A stretch of 64,000 nucleotides of DNA from a virus. Shown here in pieces: positions 21,408 through 32,910 of the stretch (its first letter is position 1; each line of letters begins with the position of its first letter). Below the pieces are notes generated by a model, which saw nothing but the letters and a program-made list of their open reading frames with translations, was not told where the DNA came from and did no database searches. Position numbers and translations under genes: made by a program. The stretch is from the IMG/VR virus record IMGVR_UViG_3300010158_000036, positions 32,001-96,000 of that record. The stretch is one strand, 5' to 3'.

Positions 21408-21884
21408 TTACCGATCTTTTAACCATTCGGGTTTATTCCGCTTTGACCATGAAAACAGATGTGATTTCTCGTGTTCATAGTAAGACCTATAAGATTTCAC
21501 ACAATCATTTGACCGATATTTCTCTGGCATCGCAAGGGCAAATGAAGTTCGATCTTTCTTTGGAAACTCCAATTTATTCATATTTTCCAAAATCCATGGA
21601 AGAACATCTCGTCCGGATTTATGAGTCTTTCCATATCTAAACTGAAATTCATCATGGAGAACAGATGCATATTCATGAACAAACAAAAAATTACTCAAAG
21701 ATAATCTGCAAAATACAGAACAGGGATGATTTTTATGAGTTGCTTTATATGGAGCATTAATCCCTTGCAAATGAAATTGGGTACACATGAGTTGTGTAGC
21801 TTCAAGAATCATTTTTACAACATGTTTATCAACATGATATTGCGCATTCCTAATAGGATCGGAATCGAGAATAAACAAGTTCAT
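21408..21884 (-). CDS. Pyrimidine-dimer DNA glycosylase/endonuclease V-like protein
   Basis: MNLFILD.DP...A..HVDKHVVKMILE..Q, THKNHPC, RYGKTHKS. Confidence 0.8.
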   Translation of the reverse strand: MNLFILDSDPIRNAQYHVDKHVVKMILEATQLMCTQFHLQGINAPYKATHKNHPCSVFCRLSLSNFLFVHEYASVLHDEFQFRYGKTHKSGRDVLPWILENMNKLEFPKKDRTSFALAMPEKYRSNDCVKSYRSYYEHEKSHLFSWSKRNKPEWLKDR

Positions 21885-23462
21885 AGTACAACACCAACTT
21901 CACGCAATGCATAATTAAGTTCACGATCATGAATGACCAATTTTTTAGCTTCTTCAAGATCACGACAATCCCATTCAAGAAGAATCCATGCTAGTTTATC
22001 AGCACGGTCTTTCTTTCTTTTTGCAATCTTATCTATTTTATCCATGATTTATTTGTTATGATATGCTGCATTACTCGTTCAATCTCCTCTGCATATGCTC
22101 GGAAAAAATCAGCATCGGAATGACGACCCATGGTATCTTCTTTATCCGCTTCAGATCGCATAGCTTTAGCCCATCTTATCGCGAATGTCGGATTATTAAT
22201 ACACTCACACATCAATCTCCAATGACGAAATCCCAAATATATACCAAGAATTCGAACTGAGAAATAGAGGTTGATTAGTTTAAAAATCATAATTATACTT
22301 CTTTCACAAATTTTGCTTTGGCATAACTCCCAAATAAGGATGCTTTTTTTGTTGCTTTAACATCAGCTTCTTCTTTACTGTTCGCTCGAAAATCTAGGAT
22401 AAGACCATCGAGAATTGAATTATCACAATTAACAATTTTGTAAATAAACCGAAATTCTGGTACGTTTTCCATGATTAATTCCAGTTCACAAATTTCTTTA
22501 CTTTCACTTGAAGTGCTGGTTCTTCATCATCTGCGTAGATAATCATTTGATGTTTTGTTCCAGCCTTAAGATGACAGGGCACTGCAACAAATAACGGATC
22601 TTCTTGATGATAGTTTGGAGTCATCTCAATAAGATGTGTTGCATTTGGAAATAAAGATTTCATATTAGCATCAATCTCATAAAGAGTTCTCCATGATTTC
22701 CATCCATCAATTACTACAGAATTACCTGTGGATTTCAAGCAGGGGCGAGTCCAAGAACAACCCGTGGATGTTACGAATGTGAGCATATATTTTTAGGAAA
22801 GTTTATACTTAATAGACAACCGATCAATCATGTCTTCAAGCGTTTGTGCTTTAGCTAACCAGAAGAATGTTTCTTTGGATTCATGACAATTATGAACATA
22901 AAATTTCCATGTTTTAAGAGCAGTTTCCTTTTCATATTCAAGGAATTCAAGTACTTCCGATAATTCGATTTTCATAATGGTAGATATACAATAACAAGAT
23001 TTCTGACTCCTAGAATATTCACGGGAAAAATAAATTCATTTTCAAATTTTCCAAATTCCCACGATATAACCTCTTCATCGCAGAGCAGATATAGACGAGC
23101 AATATTTCCGACAAGTAAGCACTGTATATTATTATCATCAAGAATCGTTTTACCAGAATCAAGTACATCTAGCAATGTATCATCATCGATTGCAGGTGCA
23201 AGATAATTAGCACTTGCTTTGATTTGGTTAATTAATAATGGTTTCACTCTTACTTAAAATTGAGTAGGATTCCTGTAATCAGTGGTGGTAAAATTATAAC
23301 AATCGCAAGTGCAATGCTTAATTGATCTGTAGTCATAAATTGAATTATTTGTTTTTGCTGGTGATTAAATCATTCTCTAAAAGAGTTGATGGGTTATTAG
23401 TCAGGCGACCATTTCAAATCAATTGTCGTGGATGTTAAAATTTCCTCAAAATCACAGAATTT

Positions 23463-23870
23463 TCACACCTGAATCAGAGAAATTCCAAAGGTTTTCGCCA
23501 ATTCTGGAGAATTTGAGCCTGGATAATCCTCATGGAAATAGATTTTTTGTACACTGTGAGCGATCAATAATTTCATACAAGCATCACACGGCATCGTCGT
23601 ACAAAAAACTGTCTCTACTTCACCACGCTTAAAAAGACTGCACAGATTTTGTTCAGCATGAATTAAGAACTTTTGGCGTGCATCTCGATCCTCCCAGAAA
23701 TGTTCATCAGGATTGAAACCGGATGGTAATCCATTATAAGATAAACCAATCACTCGATTTTCTTTATTGAAAGCCGCGGCACCAACTTGCCGAAAAGGAT
23801 CTTCACTTCTCAATGCGGCTGTTTTTGCAAGTGCCATACCATAATCAATAATGTTAATTCTATTACTCAT
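23463..23870 (-). CDS. dCMP deaminase
   Basis: RSEDP..QVGA, YNGLP.G, HAEQN, PCDAC. Confidence 0.9.
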   Translation of the reverse strand: MSNRINIIDYGMALAKTAALRSEDPFRQVGAAAFNKENRVIGLSYNGLPSGFNPDEHFWEDRDARQKFLIHAEQNLCSLFKRGEVETVFCTTMPCDACMKLLIAHSVQKIYFHEDYPGSNSPELAKTFGISLIQV

Positions 23871-24198
23871 GTGATTTCATTACTCCATCTTCAATGAGCA
23901 TATTAAATGCAGAATTATACATTCCTTCAGTTATGATATTGGGATCTTTATTGATGCAGGAGCTTAGTCGCAAATCTTCCAATGCTGCATGAATACCGAT
24001 GTGTTTAAAATCAACGAATCCATCATCAGCCAGTTCAAACTTTATATCAAAAAGAAAAAGTTTATCATCACATCTTTTAAAGTGCCGATGTACAAATAGC
24101 ATGTCACTTACTGTATCTTTCATATGCAGATTCCCCTCCAGATTTACGCAAAGCTGAAATCATTTTATCTTGCGACCGTCTAAGCAAATATCCAAGAG

Positions 24199-24886
24199 TT
24201 TGGGTTATAACAGATTTCGCAATATTTAGATTTCATATTCTTATTACTTAATAATTTTTGTAGAAGTAGTCATATGTATATTTATACAGTTTCCCATTTA
24301 TTCATGATTTTTAGAAAAGCTTCGCAACGTTCTGGTGCAGAAGCTCCGATGGCATGTTCAGCATATTCAATTGCAACCCAATAATCCCAATTTTCTGTTC
24401 TTGAACAAACAGTTTCTAATTCCAAGCAATATGTACTCCATAAAGAATTTTCACGGATGTACTTTTCAAATTCATGACAACTATTCAAGTCATGGAGATA
24501 ATCAGGAATTGTTGAGAAATATGGACCGTCGGTTCCTGGGGCATATCCTGCAGGAGTTCTCATTACGGCCGAGAATATAATAGGATCTTGGATGTTACTC
24601 CAGCCCATGATTTGTGCAATCTTAATTCTTTGGTTTATTTCCTTCATAATCAGTCCAAGTGTCGGATTTATAATAGCTTTCATCGAAACTTAACCTTTTA
24701 GTACATCTTCGTTTAGCGAGAAATTTCCAACGAGTTTCGAAAATAGTGTGACAATAATCACCAACATCCCAATCCCAACAATCATTTTGATAATCCCAAA
24801 TTCGATAGGTTTTTGTCTTTGGGTTATAACAGATTTCGTAATATTTAGATTTCATATTCTTATTACTTAATAATTTTCGTAAAAGT
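24199..24886. repeat. ~68-bp direct repeat (24199-24267 and 24818-24886)
   Basis: tttgggttataacagatttcg[c/t]aatatttagatttcatattcttattacttaataatttt occurs twice. Confidence 0.85.
24282..24683 (-). CDS. Hypothetical phage protein
   Basis: INQRIKIAQIMGW...PDYLHDLN..HE.E...A.A.ERCEAFLK. Confidence 0.55.
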   Translation of the reverse strand: MKAIINPTLGLIMKEINQRIKIAQIMGWSNIQDPIIFSAVMRTPAGYAPGTDGPYFSTIPDYLHDLNSCHEFEKYIRENSLWSTYCLELETVCSRTENWDYWVAIEYAEHAIGASAPERCEAFLKIMNKWETV

Positions 24887-25889
24887 CTGTGGCGTCATAT
24901 TCCTTATATTCACATATCATGTTTGGAGCAAATATAATCTCTTCAACAATCCAGTCGGAAGGAATATCTCTATTGTTGTTCTGTTTATATTGAGTTAGAT
25001 GACTTTTTATAAATTGCTTGGCAGACCAAGTCTTACCTTTCTTTGTCCAAAATGGAATTATCCCACCCTTTGAGTACAAATATTCAGAGTTTCGGATTTT
25101 ATAACATTTCATAATTCAATAAATAAATTCAAGTTGATCTTTATTTGCAAACACAAATTCTGAAAATGAATGAATCTTGAAATGTTCACATTCTTGACCG
25201 CAGAGCATCCTTGAGAATTGGGACAATCAGGTTAACCTCAGAAGTGGTCAATTCGTATAGGTCCAGCACAGGCCCACGTTTGACGACTAGGACAATCTCT
25301 CTGGTTGGGTACACCTCCACACAGGCCTCACAATCATCAAGGAATTCGAACATTTGGCTGCCTTCAGGCATTTCACTAATTCGGGTCGGTCGCAGACAAT
25401 GAAAGTTCAGAACCGCAGCCACCTGTTCGGCAGGATTTGAAGGCAAGCATCGCGCGGTACTATCAACTTGGCCGTCGCTCTCGCTCAACATATCTGAAGG
25501 GGTGATTTTCATATTAGATTATCCTTTCTTTTTGAGCTCCTTCAATTCCTTATTCAGAGTAATCAGAAAGCCCGTATAGAGCCTGATAAAGTAGTCATTG
25601 TAAAGACCGCCCTTAGTTGGATCCGCTTTGTATGCAGCCAAACTCTTTTCAGATTCTGCGATGTCCAGTTCCTTTTCAACAATCGGAGTAAATTTCCGAT
25701 AAATGAGAGGATTGACTTTTAGGTCTTCATGTTGAGCAATTGCAGCCGCAACATCTTTGGAATATGTCCGACCTGATTTATCAGGAAGGTCTTGTTCCTT
25801 GCGGGCTTTGCGCTCCGCAGCTCGTTCTTGTTTCTGAGTTGCAACGAGTGCTACGTCTTTAGTCTTAGCAGCCATATTGTAGTGTGATA

Positions 25890-25945
25890 TCCCTTACAAC
25901 AAAATTCTACTCTATTTATGACCTGATGTAAACAAAAAAGTAAAT
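25890..25945 (-). promoter_or_regulatory. Early promoter cassette variant
   Basis: TTTTTTGTTTACATC...AGTAGAATTTTGTTGTAAGGGA. Confidence 0.65.
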
Positions 25946-26178
25946 AAATTTAAATTATTTTTTGTGATTTTCTTCAGGTTCTAAGGGAGGTTCTTGTTGA
26001 GAAAGAAGTTTTGGATCTATCCATTCATATTGAATTTCCGATCCATTCTTAACTGGAACTACAAATCCATGCTGAAAAGCTGAGCTCATTGTAGCATCTT
26101 CACCGGCTATAAATCCCATAACAAAGATACATAGAACTAAAAATGGAATTAATACGAGCCCCAAAATAATATAATATT

Positions 26179-26577
26179 TCATGATTTGTAATGATCTGTG
26201 TTGTAAGCAAAATGGCCAAATAATCGAACCGCGCTATAAATTAAATACCTCCTAATAAAAGACATTCCTTGAGACTTCATAGCCTCAAGAAAAAGAATAT
26301 CAGCTTCTTTTTGTGTATAATTTGCCGGAACCCATTCTCCAACATATTGAATTTCAAGCTGATTCCTATAAGCAGAATCATGAATTACAGAGGCAAACCA
26401 ATCACAACTTGCTGCAGGAAAAATACTCTGAAGACATTAACCATCAGTTGTTCCAGCAATTGGCGCTCGAATTCTTCGATTATTCACCCGAACAAACTCT
26501 AGAGGTTCTAACAGAATATCCTCAAGACCGTTCGAAGTTTTCACATCGAGTGTAATATTTACAAAGCCGGGAGTCAT
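26179..26577 (-). pseudogene. DUF1353-like gene interrupted by an in-frame TAA (26437-26439)
   Basis: Manual translation ...GTTDG*CLQSIFP...ASVIHDSAY...KEADILFLEAM..QG...IYSAVRLFG. Confidence 0.7.
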
Positions 26578-27960
26578 TATTTTCTTTCTATAAGTTTAGA
26601 CAATTTATAAGACCTTTATCATTGATTTTCAGCGTGATAAAGTCAATGATAAAGTTAAGCATATGCTAATGCAACCCAAAATGAGTATTTTTTATTGCTG
26701 GAATTCTATTTTTACCTTTACAACAAGATATCAAATGACCAACCAGAGTCGGGTTGCATTCCTTGCTCAGACCATGCAACTCGCTTAATCCTAGGATCAA
26801 CATTTTCTTGTAGAAAAGTCAAGAGCTTATCATTAACTTCCTTTACAATTCCAGAATCTGTGTAGTGTTGCCAAATAGTTTTAGGCCCGAATAATTGAAG
26901 TCCATATGGTTGATTGCCATCACCTTCTTCATAATCAATCCAGGAGATATCATAATGAGTAACAAGGAATTCGCCTGTGCTATTACCCCCGCCCCCCCAA
27001 TAACTATCACCAGCACCGACAATGCTCACTTCATTTTGTAGTTTCTTATTCATGATTTAATCTAAAAATTTATCTTGACACAATTCTTTTACCATTACAG
27101 TATTCACAAATCTTTTGGGAAGAAGTTGAACTGCACAGACACCAAGACCCAAATCTTTTATTTGAAAATGGTGAATATTTCCCCGAAATTCTACAAATTC
27201 ATTCATCAGTAACCACTCCTTAGCAAGAGCTTTTGCTACTCGCAAGTTTCGACAATTATGTTTAAGAGCTTGCAACGGAATATCGTAATTACTAGTTTCC
27301 ATAATCAAAGTTTCGTAAACATTTCAAAACAACCACCAAATGCGCCAAAAGGAGTTTGATTAAAACTACTATTAATAGCACACCATTGCGTTGCGTAAAA
27401 CGGATTTTCTGCATTTGTATTTGATCCCACTAGAATCCATAAATCAGCATGGGATAGTTTGTGAAGTGTCCAGACTAGTGAACTTCCTGGATATTGAAAC
27501 TGATCCCCTTCTTTTAAGTCTTTTTGTAGTGTTTTCATGATTGTGAGTAATAAGCATCCAACAGATCCCAAATTTCTTCCTCTGTAAGATCATCGTAATC
27601 GAACATTGTATATCCTGTAGAGTTTGTTATATAGTTTAGGAGTTTGCGATTTCTTCCGGAGTAGCAATGTAAGTAAAAATTGAAGTGTCTGGCGCAGGCT
27701 CACCAGAATATTTGGCGGCTTTCTTGACGGATTTCAATTCGGCTTTAGAAACCAAGTTGGAATCGGTTACAGCATACTTACCGGGGCTCAACTTCTTGGA
27801 ATTACCCAAGAATAATTCCTTAACAATGCGACCGGGTACCTTAAATTCCTTAGCAGTCTTACAAATAAAGACTGGAGAAAATCCTAGTTCTGAATCCGGA
27901 AGGGATTTCATGTGGGTGATAAAGGTATTCAATTTCTTTTGCATTGTTGGAGCGGCTTGG

Positions 27961-28073
27961 GGGTTTCCTTACGGGCTCAATATACACCAATTCGACCTTC
28001 CTGTACACAAAAAAGTACTAAAAAATGAAAATAATTTGGATTTCGAAGAATCCTATTGAAAATCAAGAGGTTA
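27961..28073 (-). promoter_or_regulatory. Early promoter cassette
   Basis: TTTTTTGTGTACAG...GTGTATATTGAGCCCGTAAGGAAACC; palindrome 28049-28073. Confidence 0.75.
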
Positions 28074-28492
28074 TGGATAAAAAAGTCCATAATTATTCTT
28101 TGAGTTTGGAAGGAAACCAAGAGGAATTTAAGAGATTCTAAATGATTTTCAAGATTTTTTAAGTCTTAATAATTTCCTATGAAACTCAATTTACATCCTG
28201 CAAGGATGTCCTTCGGAAATTCTTTTGTTTGAATTAAGTATTTTTAAATTCAATTTCTAAGAAGTTGGATTAATTCCTGAAAGGAATTCCCGAAGGGTAA
28301 TCTTAGTTTTTAGTATTGATATTATTTAAAATATTTTTTAATTTATTTTCTATAGTAATTATAACAAACACTAAAACCCTTGTAAAGCAAAAAATGATGA
28401 AATGAGAAAATAATTATAATGAGTTCCAAGATAAAATTGCTGAAACCAGAAAAATACTAATTCCGGCAATTCTATTATATTTTATATTTATC

Positions 28493-29236
28493 TCACTCTA
28501 TTGTACGAAATTTCTTAACTATAAATTTTAGAATTTGTGATCTCACAATATCAGATTCATCAAATTCAAATGTAGTAATTCCATTTTCCAATGATTCAGT
28601 ATCGTTAAAAGTATTAAATACCTTTTCGAATCCACTATTTTTAATATCTGGTTGCATCTTGTCTCCTGCTAAAATTAATTTACTGTTCTCTCCTATGCGA
28701 CTCATTACAGTTAAAATTTCAGTTTTTTCTAGTTGTTGTGATTCATCCACTAATACAAACATATTATCCCACGTATGGCCTCTAGTGTGGTTAAGCGGCA
28801 TTGTATCAATAACTCCCGCTTTTTTTATTTTAAGAATATCACAATCTTCCACAATCTTGTTGATTAACTCAAACATGACTGCATTATATGGGGCCGTTTT
28901 CTCGGCTTCAGATCCTGGCAAAAACCCCATAGATTTAGAAGCACTTTCAACCATAGCTCTTACATATAGTAATTTTTCACAGGTTTTATTTTTAATCATA
29001 GTTAAAGCACAAAAAACACTCGTCCATGATTTTCCCGTACCAGCCGGGCCCTGAATTATAACAACCTTGATATTTGGATCATTAATAATTGCTATTAATT
29101 CTTTTTGTTTTTCTGTTAGTTTAAAACTGCGCTTCTTGAATTTAAAATCTAATTTATTGAAATTTTCAGTTAAGGCTGTTTCAACTTCTTTGAATTCAAC
29201 TCTTCTTGGTTTCTTCTCGCGTTTTACAGTTGCCAT
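28493..29236 (-). CDS. phoH: PhoH-family ATPase
   Basis: GPAGTGKS, GFLPG, RGHT, VDESQ, R.GENSK, GD..Q.D, DIVRS; start set at ATG 29236. Confidence 0.9.
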   Translation of the reverse strand: MATVKREKKPRRVEFKEVETALTENFNKLDFKFKKRSFKLTEKQKELIAIINDPNIKVVIIQGPAGTGKSWTSVFCALTMIKNKTCEKLLYVRAMVESASKSMGFLPGSEAEKTAPYNAVMFELINKIVEDCDILKIKKAGVIDTMPLNHTRGHTWDNMFVLVDESQQLEKTEILTVMSRIGENSKLILAGDKMQPDIKNSGFEKVFNTFNDTESLENGITTFEFDESDIVRSQILKFIVKKFRTIE

Positions 29237-29244
29237 ATATGAAT

Positions 29245-29270
29245 TATTTATAACCCTATAATTATAAATA
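29245..29270. promoter_or_regulatory. Back-to-back late promoters for phoH (-) and the ferritin-like gene (+)
   Basis: tatttata 29245-29252 and tataaata 29263-29270. Confidence 0.7.
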
Positions 29271-29277
29271 GTTTCAT

Positions 29278-29637
29278 ATGAACCTACAATTATCACTATT
29301 CCTTGCCGTTCTTAACCAAATCCGAGTAGATCACTGGCAAACTAAAAGTTTCGCATCTCACATGGCTCTAGGAACTGCATATGATGAGCTTGATGATATC
29401 TTTGACGACTTTATTGAAAAGTTTTATGGGCGTGAAGATGTTTCAACAGAACAAGTACTATATTCTGTGGAAATTGAATCATATAGAGGAGATTCGGTAA
29501 CAAGATATATAAATCTCAAAAATACACTTCTTGAATATCTTTGCACTATTACGATGGATAAACCAGATTTAAAAAATATTCAAGATGAAATTGAAGGGAT
29601 TCTTAATCACTTGATTTATCGGTTGAGACAATCATAA
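29278..29637 (+). CDS. Ferritin/Dps-like protein (DUF5856-type)
   Basis: HWQTKSFASHMAL...YD.L....D.FIE, DL.NI.DEI. Confidence 0.75.
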   Translation: MNLQLSLFLAVLNQIRVDHWQTKSFASHMALGTAYDELDDIFDDFIEKFYGREDVSTEQVLYSVEIESYRGDSVTRYINLKNTLLEYLCTITMDKPDLKNIQDEIEGILNHLIYRLRQS

Positions 29638-29654
29638 ACATAAAGGTATAAAAG

Positions 29655-29694
29655 GAAATCCCTGCCAAGCGAACTATAACTTGGCAGGGATTTC
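29655..29694. terminator. Hairpin terminator between convergent genes
   Basis: 15-bp perfect inverted repeat gaaatccctgccaag/cttggcagggatttc. Confidence 0.75.
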
Positions 29695-29715
29695 GTTGGG
29701 GTTATCAGAATTAAT

Positions 29716-29976
29716 TTATTTACCATTTCCGATTATCAGCGCTTGTCTCCAAGAGAAATCGGAATGAAATACTTGTCCAGTGCCTGTTAGAGTACCTTCT
29801 TTGAATTGATACACAACTCCAGGTTGTAATGTAATCATCGGGGGACTATACAGGGCTGATGCTGTCAATTTTGCGTTGTTTTCTTTTGCCAAGGAGGAGG
29901 ATGCGCAATTCGACATTAGCAGAATCATTTCCGCCAGCACTAATAATTTGAGTACATTTCTGAATTTCATCTTCAA
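29716..29976 (-). CDS. Putative lipoprotein (o-spanin candidate)
   Basis: Hydrophobic stretch ending LLMSNCASS; overlaps the upstream ORF; follows a holin-like gene. Confidence 0.4.
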   Translation of the reverse strand: MKMKFRNVLKLLVLAEMILLMSNCASSSLAKENNAKLTASALYSPPMITLQPGVVYQFKEGTLTGTGQVFHSDFSWRQALIIGNGK

Positions 29977-30073
29977 TTTTATCTAGTTCAGTTTCGAATT
30001 GCCACCTCGTCCATGCAGAATAAGCATTGCAAGCAGAAATGAGTGCCTGGAGAAATACATTCAGTGTATTCAT
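29846..30073 (-). CDS. Small late protein (possible spanin partner)
   Basis: Between the holin-like gene and the lipoprotein. Confidence 0.35.
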   Translation of the reverse strand: MNTLNVFLQALISACNAYSAWTRWQFETELDKIEDEIQKCTQIISAGGNDSANVELRILLLGKRKQRKIDSISPV

Positions 30074-30083
30074 TGTTATTCTG

Positions 30084-30299
30084 TTACTTTGGTGCGCCTG
30101 GGGTTGTTGGAGGCACTCCAGTGTCCTTGGCTTTCAGAATATTAAGTGCAAGAAAATCTAGCACGACATAAACTTTAGACCATGTTGAACCGGGTGCGGG
30201 TGTTGGCGAAATTGATGCCACGGCAGATGCGAGAGCAATAACTGCGGTTACGATGCCAAACCAGTTTTGTGATTGTAGATTTGATAGAATTTCTGTCAT
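30084..30299 (-). CDS. Holin-like small membrane protein
   Basis: WFGIVTAVIALASAVASISPTP...VLDFLALNI.KAK; late promoter at 30339-30346. Confidence 0.5.
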   Translation of the reverse strand: MTEILSNLQSQNWFGIVTAVIALASAVASISPTPAPGSTWSKVYVVLDFLALNILKAKDTGVPPTTPGAPK

Positions 30300-30468
30300 A
30301 TTTTTATTTTGTTATGAGAATTGAATTATCCTCAATTCTATTTATATAAATTACCTAATAGTTTTGACAATATGTGAATAAAAGTGATGCTAATATATAA
30401 ATAAGAATAGATGCTGATCGCGATGTTTGAACCATCCACCAGCTTTTCACTAGCCAATTACAACTACT

Positions 30469-31354
30469 ATGAAACAAGAAAAATATAATACAAAAGTATA
30501 TATACCCGAAGGTTTAACCTGTAAAAGCCCATACGTTTATTGGATTCAACATATTCCATCTATGATATAACATAGATGGAATATCATAGATGGAATATGA
30601 AAAGTCCACATGTGATTCTTCATTACACATGACAGAATCTGGTTATAAAACATCATCGGAATATGTTGAAGAATTAATAGAAAGAGATGGTTTGGCTTCT
30701 TTTAGAGTATTATGTATTCGACATTTTGCAACACCTAAAGAGGTTACTGATTATGAAAAGAAATTTCTTACCAAAGTAGATGCTAAGAATCACCTGAGAT
30801 ATATCAATAAGAATAACGGTTGGGGAGAACCACTCTCAGAATAAACTATAAGGAAAATGAGAGAGACCATCAATAATAAATCAGATGAAGAAAAAGCTAT
30901 CAGTAAACAAAAAGAACTTGATACAAAAAATAATAAATCTCCAGAAGAAAAAGCTATCAGTAAACAAAAAAGACTCGATACAAATAATAATAAATCACCA
31001 GAAGCAAAAGCGGCAAAAAAACAAAAAGAACTTGAAACCAAAAATAATAAAACTCCAGAAGAAAAAGCAGAAACTAGTAAAAAAATGAGGGATGCTAAGA
31101 TTAATAGAAATCCTGAAGAAAAAGCCGCATATGCTAAAAAACAGAGAGAGGCTAGAAAAGATTTGAGATTCTATGACAAACCTGGAGAAAAATATAAGAT
31201 GTTCAAAGAACAACCAGAAGATACATCATGGGTTCTTAGATTAAATATAAAAGAATTAAAGGATCTTGGTTACCCATTATATGATCACCCAGATAAACAG
31301 TCCAAAAGGTTTCAATATCCACCAAAAGATCCAACTTGGATTCTTAGAAAATAA
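30469..31354 (+). pseudogene. Disrupted GIY-YIG/Seg-like homing endonuclease with 19-aa repeats
   Basis: Late promoter 30396-30403; PYVYWIQH then TAA; 14-bp duplication 30571-30598; YKTSS.YV, YE.KFL...DA, YINKNNG; in-frame TAA 30842-30844 in a NUMOD3-like LSE*TIRKM. Confidence 0.7.
30872..31140 (+). repeat. 57-bp (19-aa) tandem repeat, ~5 copies
   Basis: NNKSDEEKAISKQKELDTK / NNKSPEEKAISKQKRLDTN / NNKSPEAKAAKKQKELETK / ... Confidence 0.85.
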
Positions 31355-32077
31355 ATGAATGGTTTTTCAATGTCCTAAACCTAAACACAACGGGCAATTA
31401 CAAGCAATGCTATTAGGACACCTATTCTGCCCACCAATGAATCCGGTACCGCTGCATAAGTCACATGATTTATGTTTGCAGTGCAATTCTACATTATCGC
31501 CGACGATTTCATTAAGTTGCCCTAGATGACGTACCGGAAGATGCGTCAGAAATTCTTTGTTATTTTGATTAGAGTCCATATAATTCTATTTATCATTTGG
31601 ATGCGGCCCATAACAATCCAATGTTCGCCAAACAATAACACAACCATATGAAACTCCATGGATATTTCCCTTGTAGAAAATACGAAATCGCCACGATAAA
31701 ATACATTCCTGCAGAAATACCAACAGCTATTGTATTAATGGTTATCGGTGGTATCATCTCAAACTCCTTACTTAATTCACGATTCATCAAATTACACTTT
31801 GTAAGATAATCATTATCATCACTTCGGCACGAGCATTGAACAACCCGATTCATCTCAAATGAGTAATTACCTTTGGGTTTTCTAGGTCCTGCAATTACTG
31901 GAATTGATTCGATTTCCATTGCGTAGGGCTCAGGTTTCATGATCTTTATTTTGATATATTAATTGGATATGCAAAAGACATAAAGGAATGCAAGTTAGCC
32001 CCCAAATATAGTCTTTATGAATAAAAGATGTAATAGAATTGATTATGAATAATAGTGCAACAAAACCTAAACCGATA

Positions 32078-32875
32078 TTAATGTTTTTCATCGTAAGTAT
32101 TTTCATTTTGATAGCCATCGCCTAAAGAAACTTTTAGTTTAATTTTTTCTCCACGAATAGGAGGTGATTCAATAGTGAAAGTTTCTGGAATTTCTCCCTT
32201 GTTCATTCCCCATGCTTCCAGAGTATATCTAAATGGATTACCTTCAATATTTTGAACACATTTCAACATACCTTGAGCAATTTCGCGAATTTCCTTCTGA
32301 GCATGACCTGAATTTCTCAATGTTAAAAAGTTATGAAAACTTCGCATATTAAAAGAGATATCAGCTTGGATTTGAGAATTGTAACCCTTGAAAAATCTAG
32401 ACGATTCTTTAGCTCGTGCTCTGCCAAGTACTGGTTCTAAATCTTTAAGACATGTATGATAAAGAGAATTACTCATCACGGTAAAGTCTTTAAGAATAGA
32501 TGTCCATGCTTTACCTTTCAATTCTAGTTGTTCAATATCATCTGTCGCAACAATATCACCCCAATCATCCGGAATGAAAAATTTGTCTTCAAGTTCGCGA
32601 TATCTGGCAGACTCTGCATTCATTGAAGATATCCTATGTTTACACAAATGAATATGGGAACTCACGTCTGTGTTCACTAAAAAATGCACCATGCCTTTTT
32701 CCCATGGAGTATGATGACCCGCATTCCACAAGGTTTTAATCATAGTTGGAATTCGTGCTCTTTTATCATCTGTTAAATCTCTAGAAGTACTTGTCCATGC
32801 TGAGCAAGCAATAATTTCGTCTGATCCGTAATGGCCTAATAGCCAAACACTATTTTTATGTTTTTTTGTTTTCAT
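32078..32875 (-). CDS. thyX: Flavin-dependent thymidylate synthase
   Basis: HHTPWE, KHRISSMNAESARY (RHR..S...SxR variant), NMRS..NFL.LR...HAQ.EIR. Confidence 0.9.
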   Translation of the reverse strand: MKTKKHKNSVWLLGHYGSDEIIACSAWTSTSRDLTDDKRARIPTMIKTLWNAGHHTPWEKGMVHFLVNTDVSSHIHLCKHRISSMNAESARYRELEDKFFIPDDWGDIVATDDIEQLELKGKAWTSILKDFTVMSNSLYHTCLKDLEPVLGRARAKESSRFFKGYNSQIQADISFNMRSFHNFLTLRNSGHAQKEIREIAQGMLKCVQNIEGNPFRYTLEAWGMNKGEIPETFTIESPPIRGEKIKLKVSLGDGYQNENTYDEKH

Positions 32876-32910
32876 AGTTTTTATATAAATAGATTATATA
32901 GTTACAATTT

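Noticed and set aside
26179-31354. Stop-codon reassignment to explain in-frame TAA codons
   Set aside because: TAA is the main terminator of intact core genes, TAG and TGA are also used as stops, and no suppressor tRNA was found
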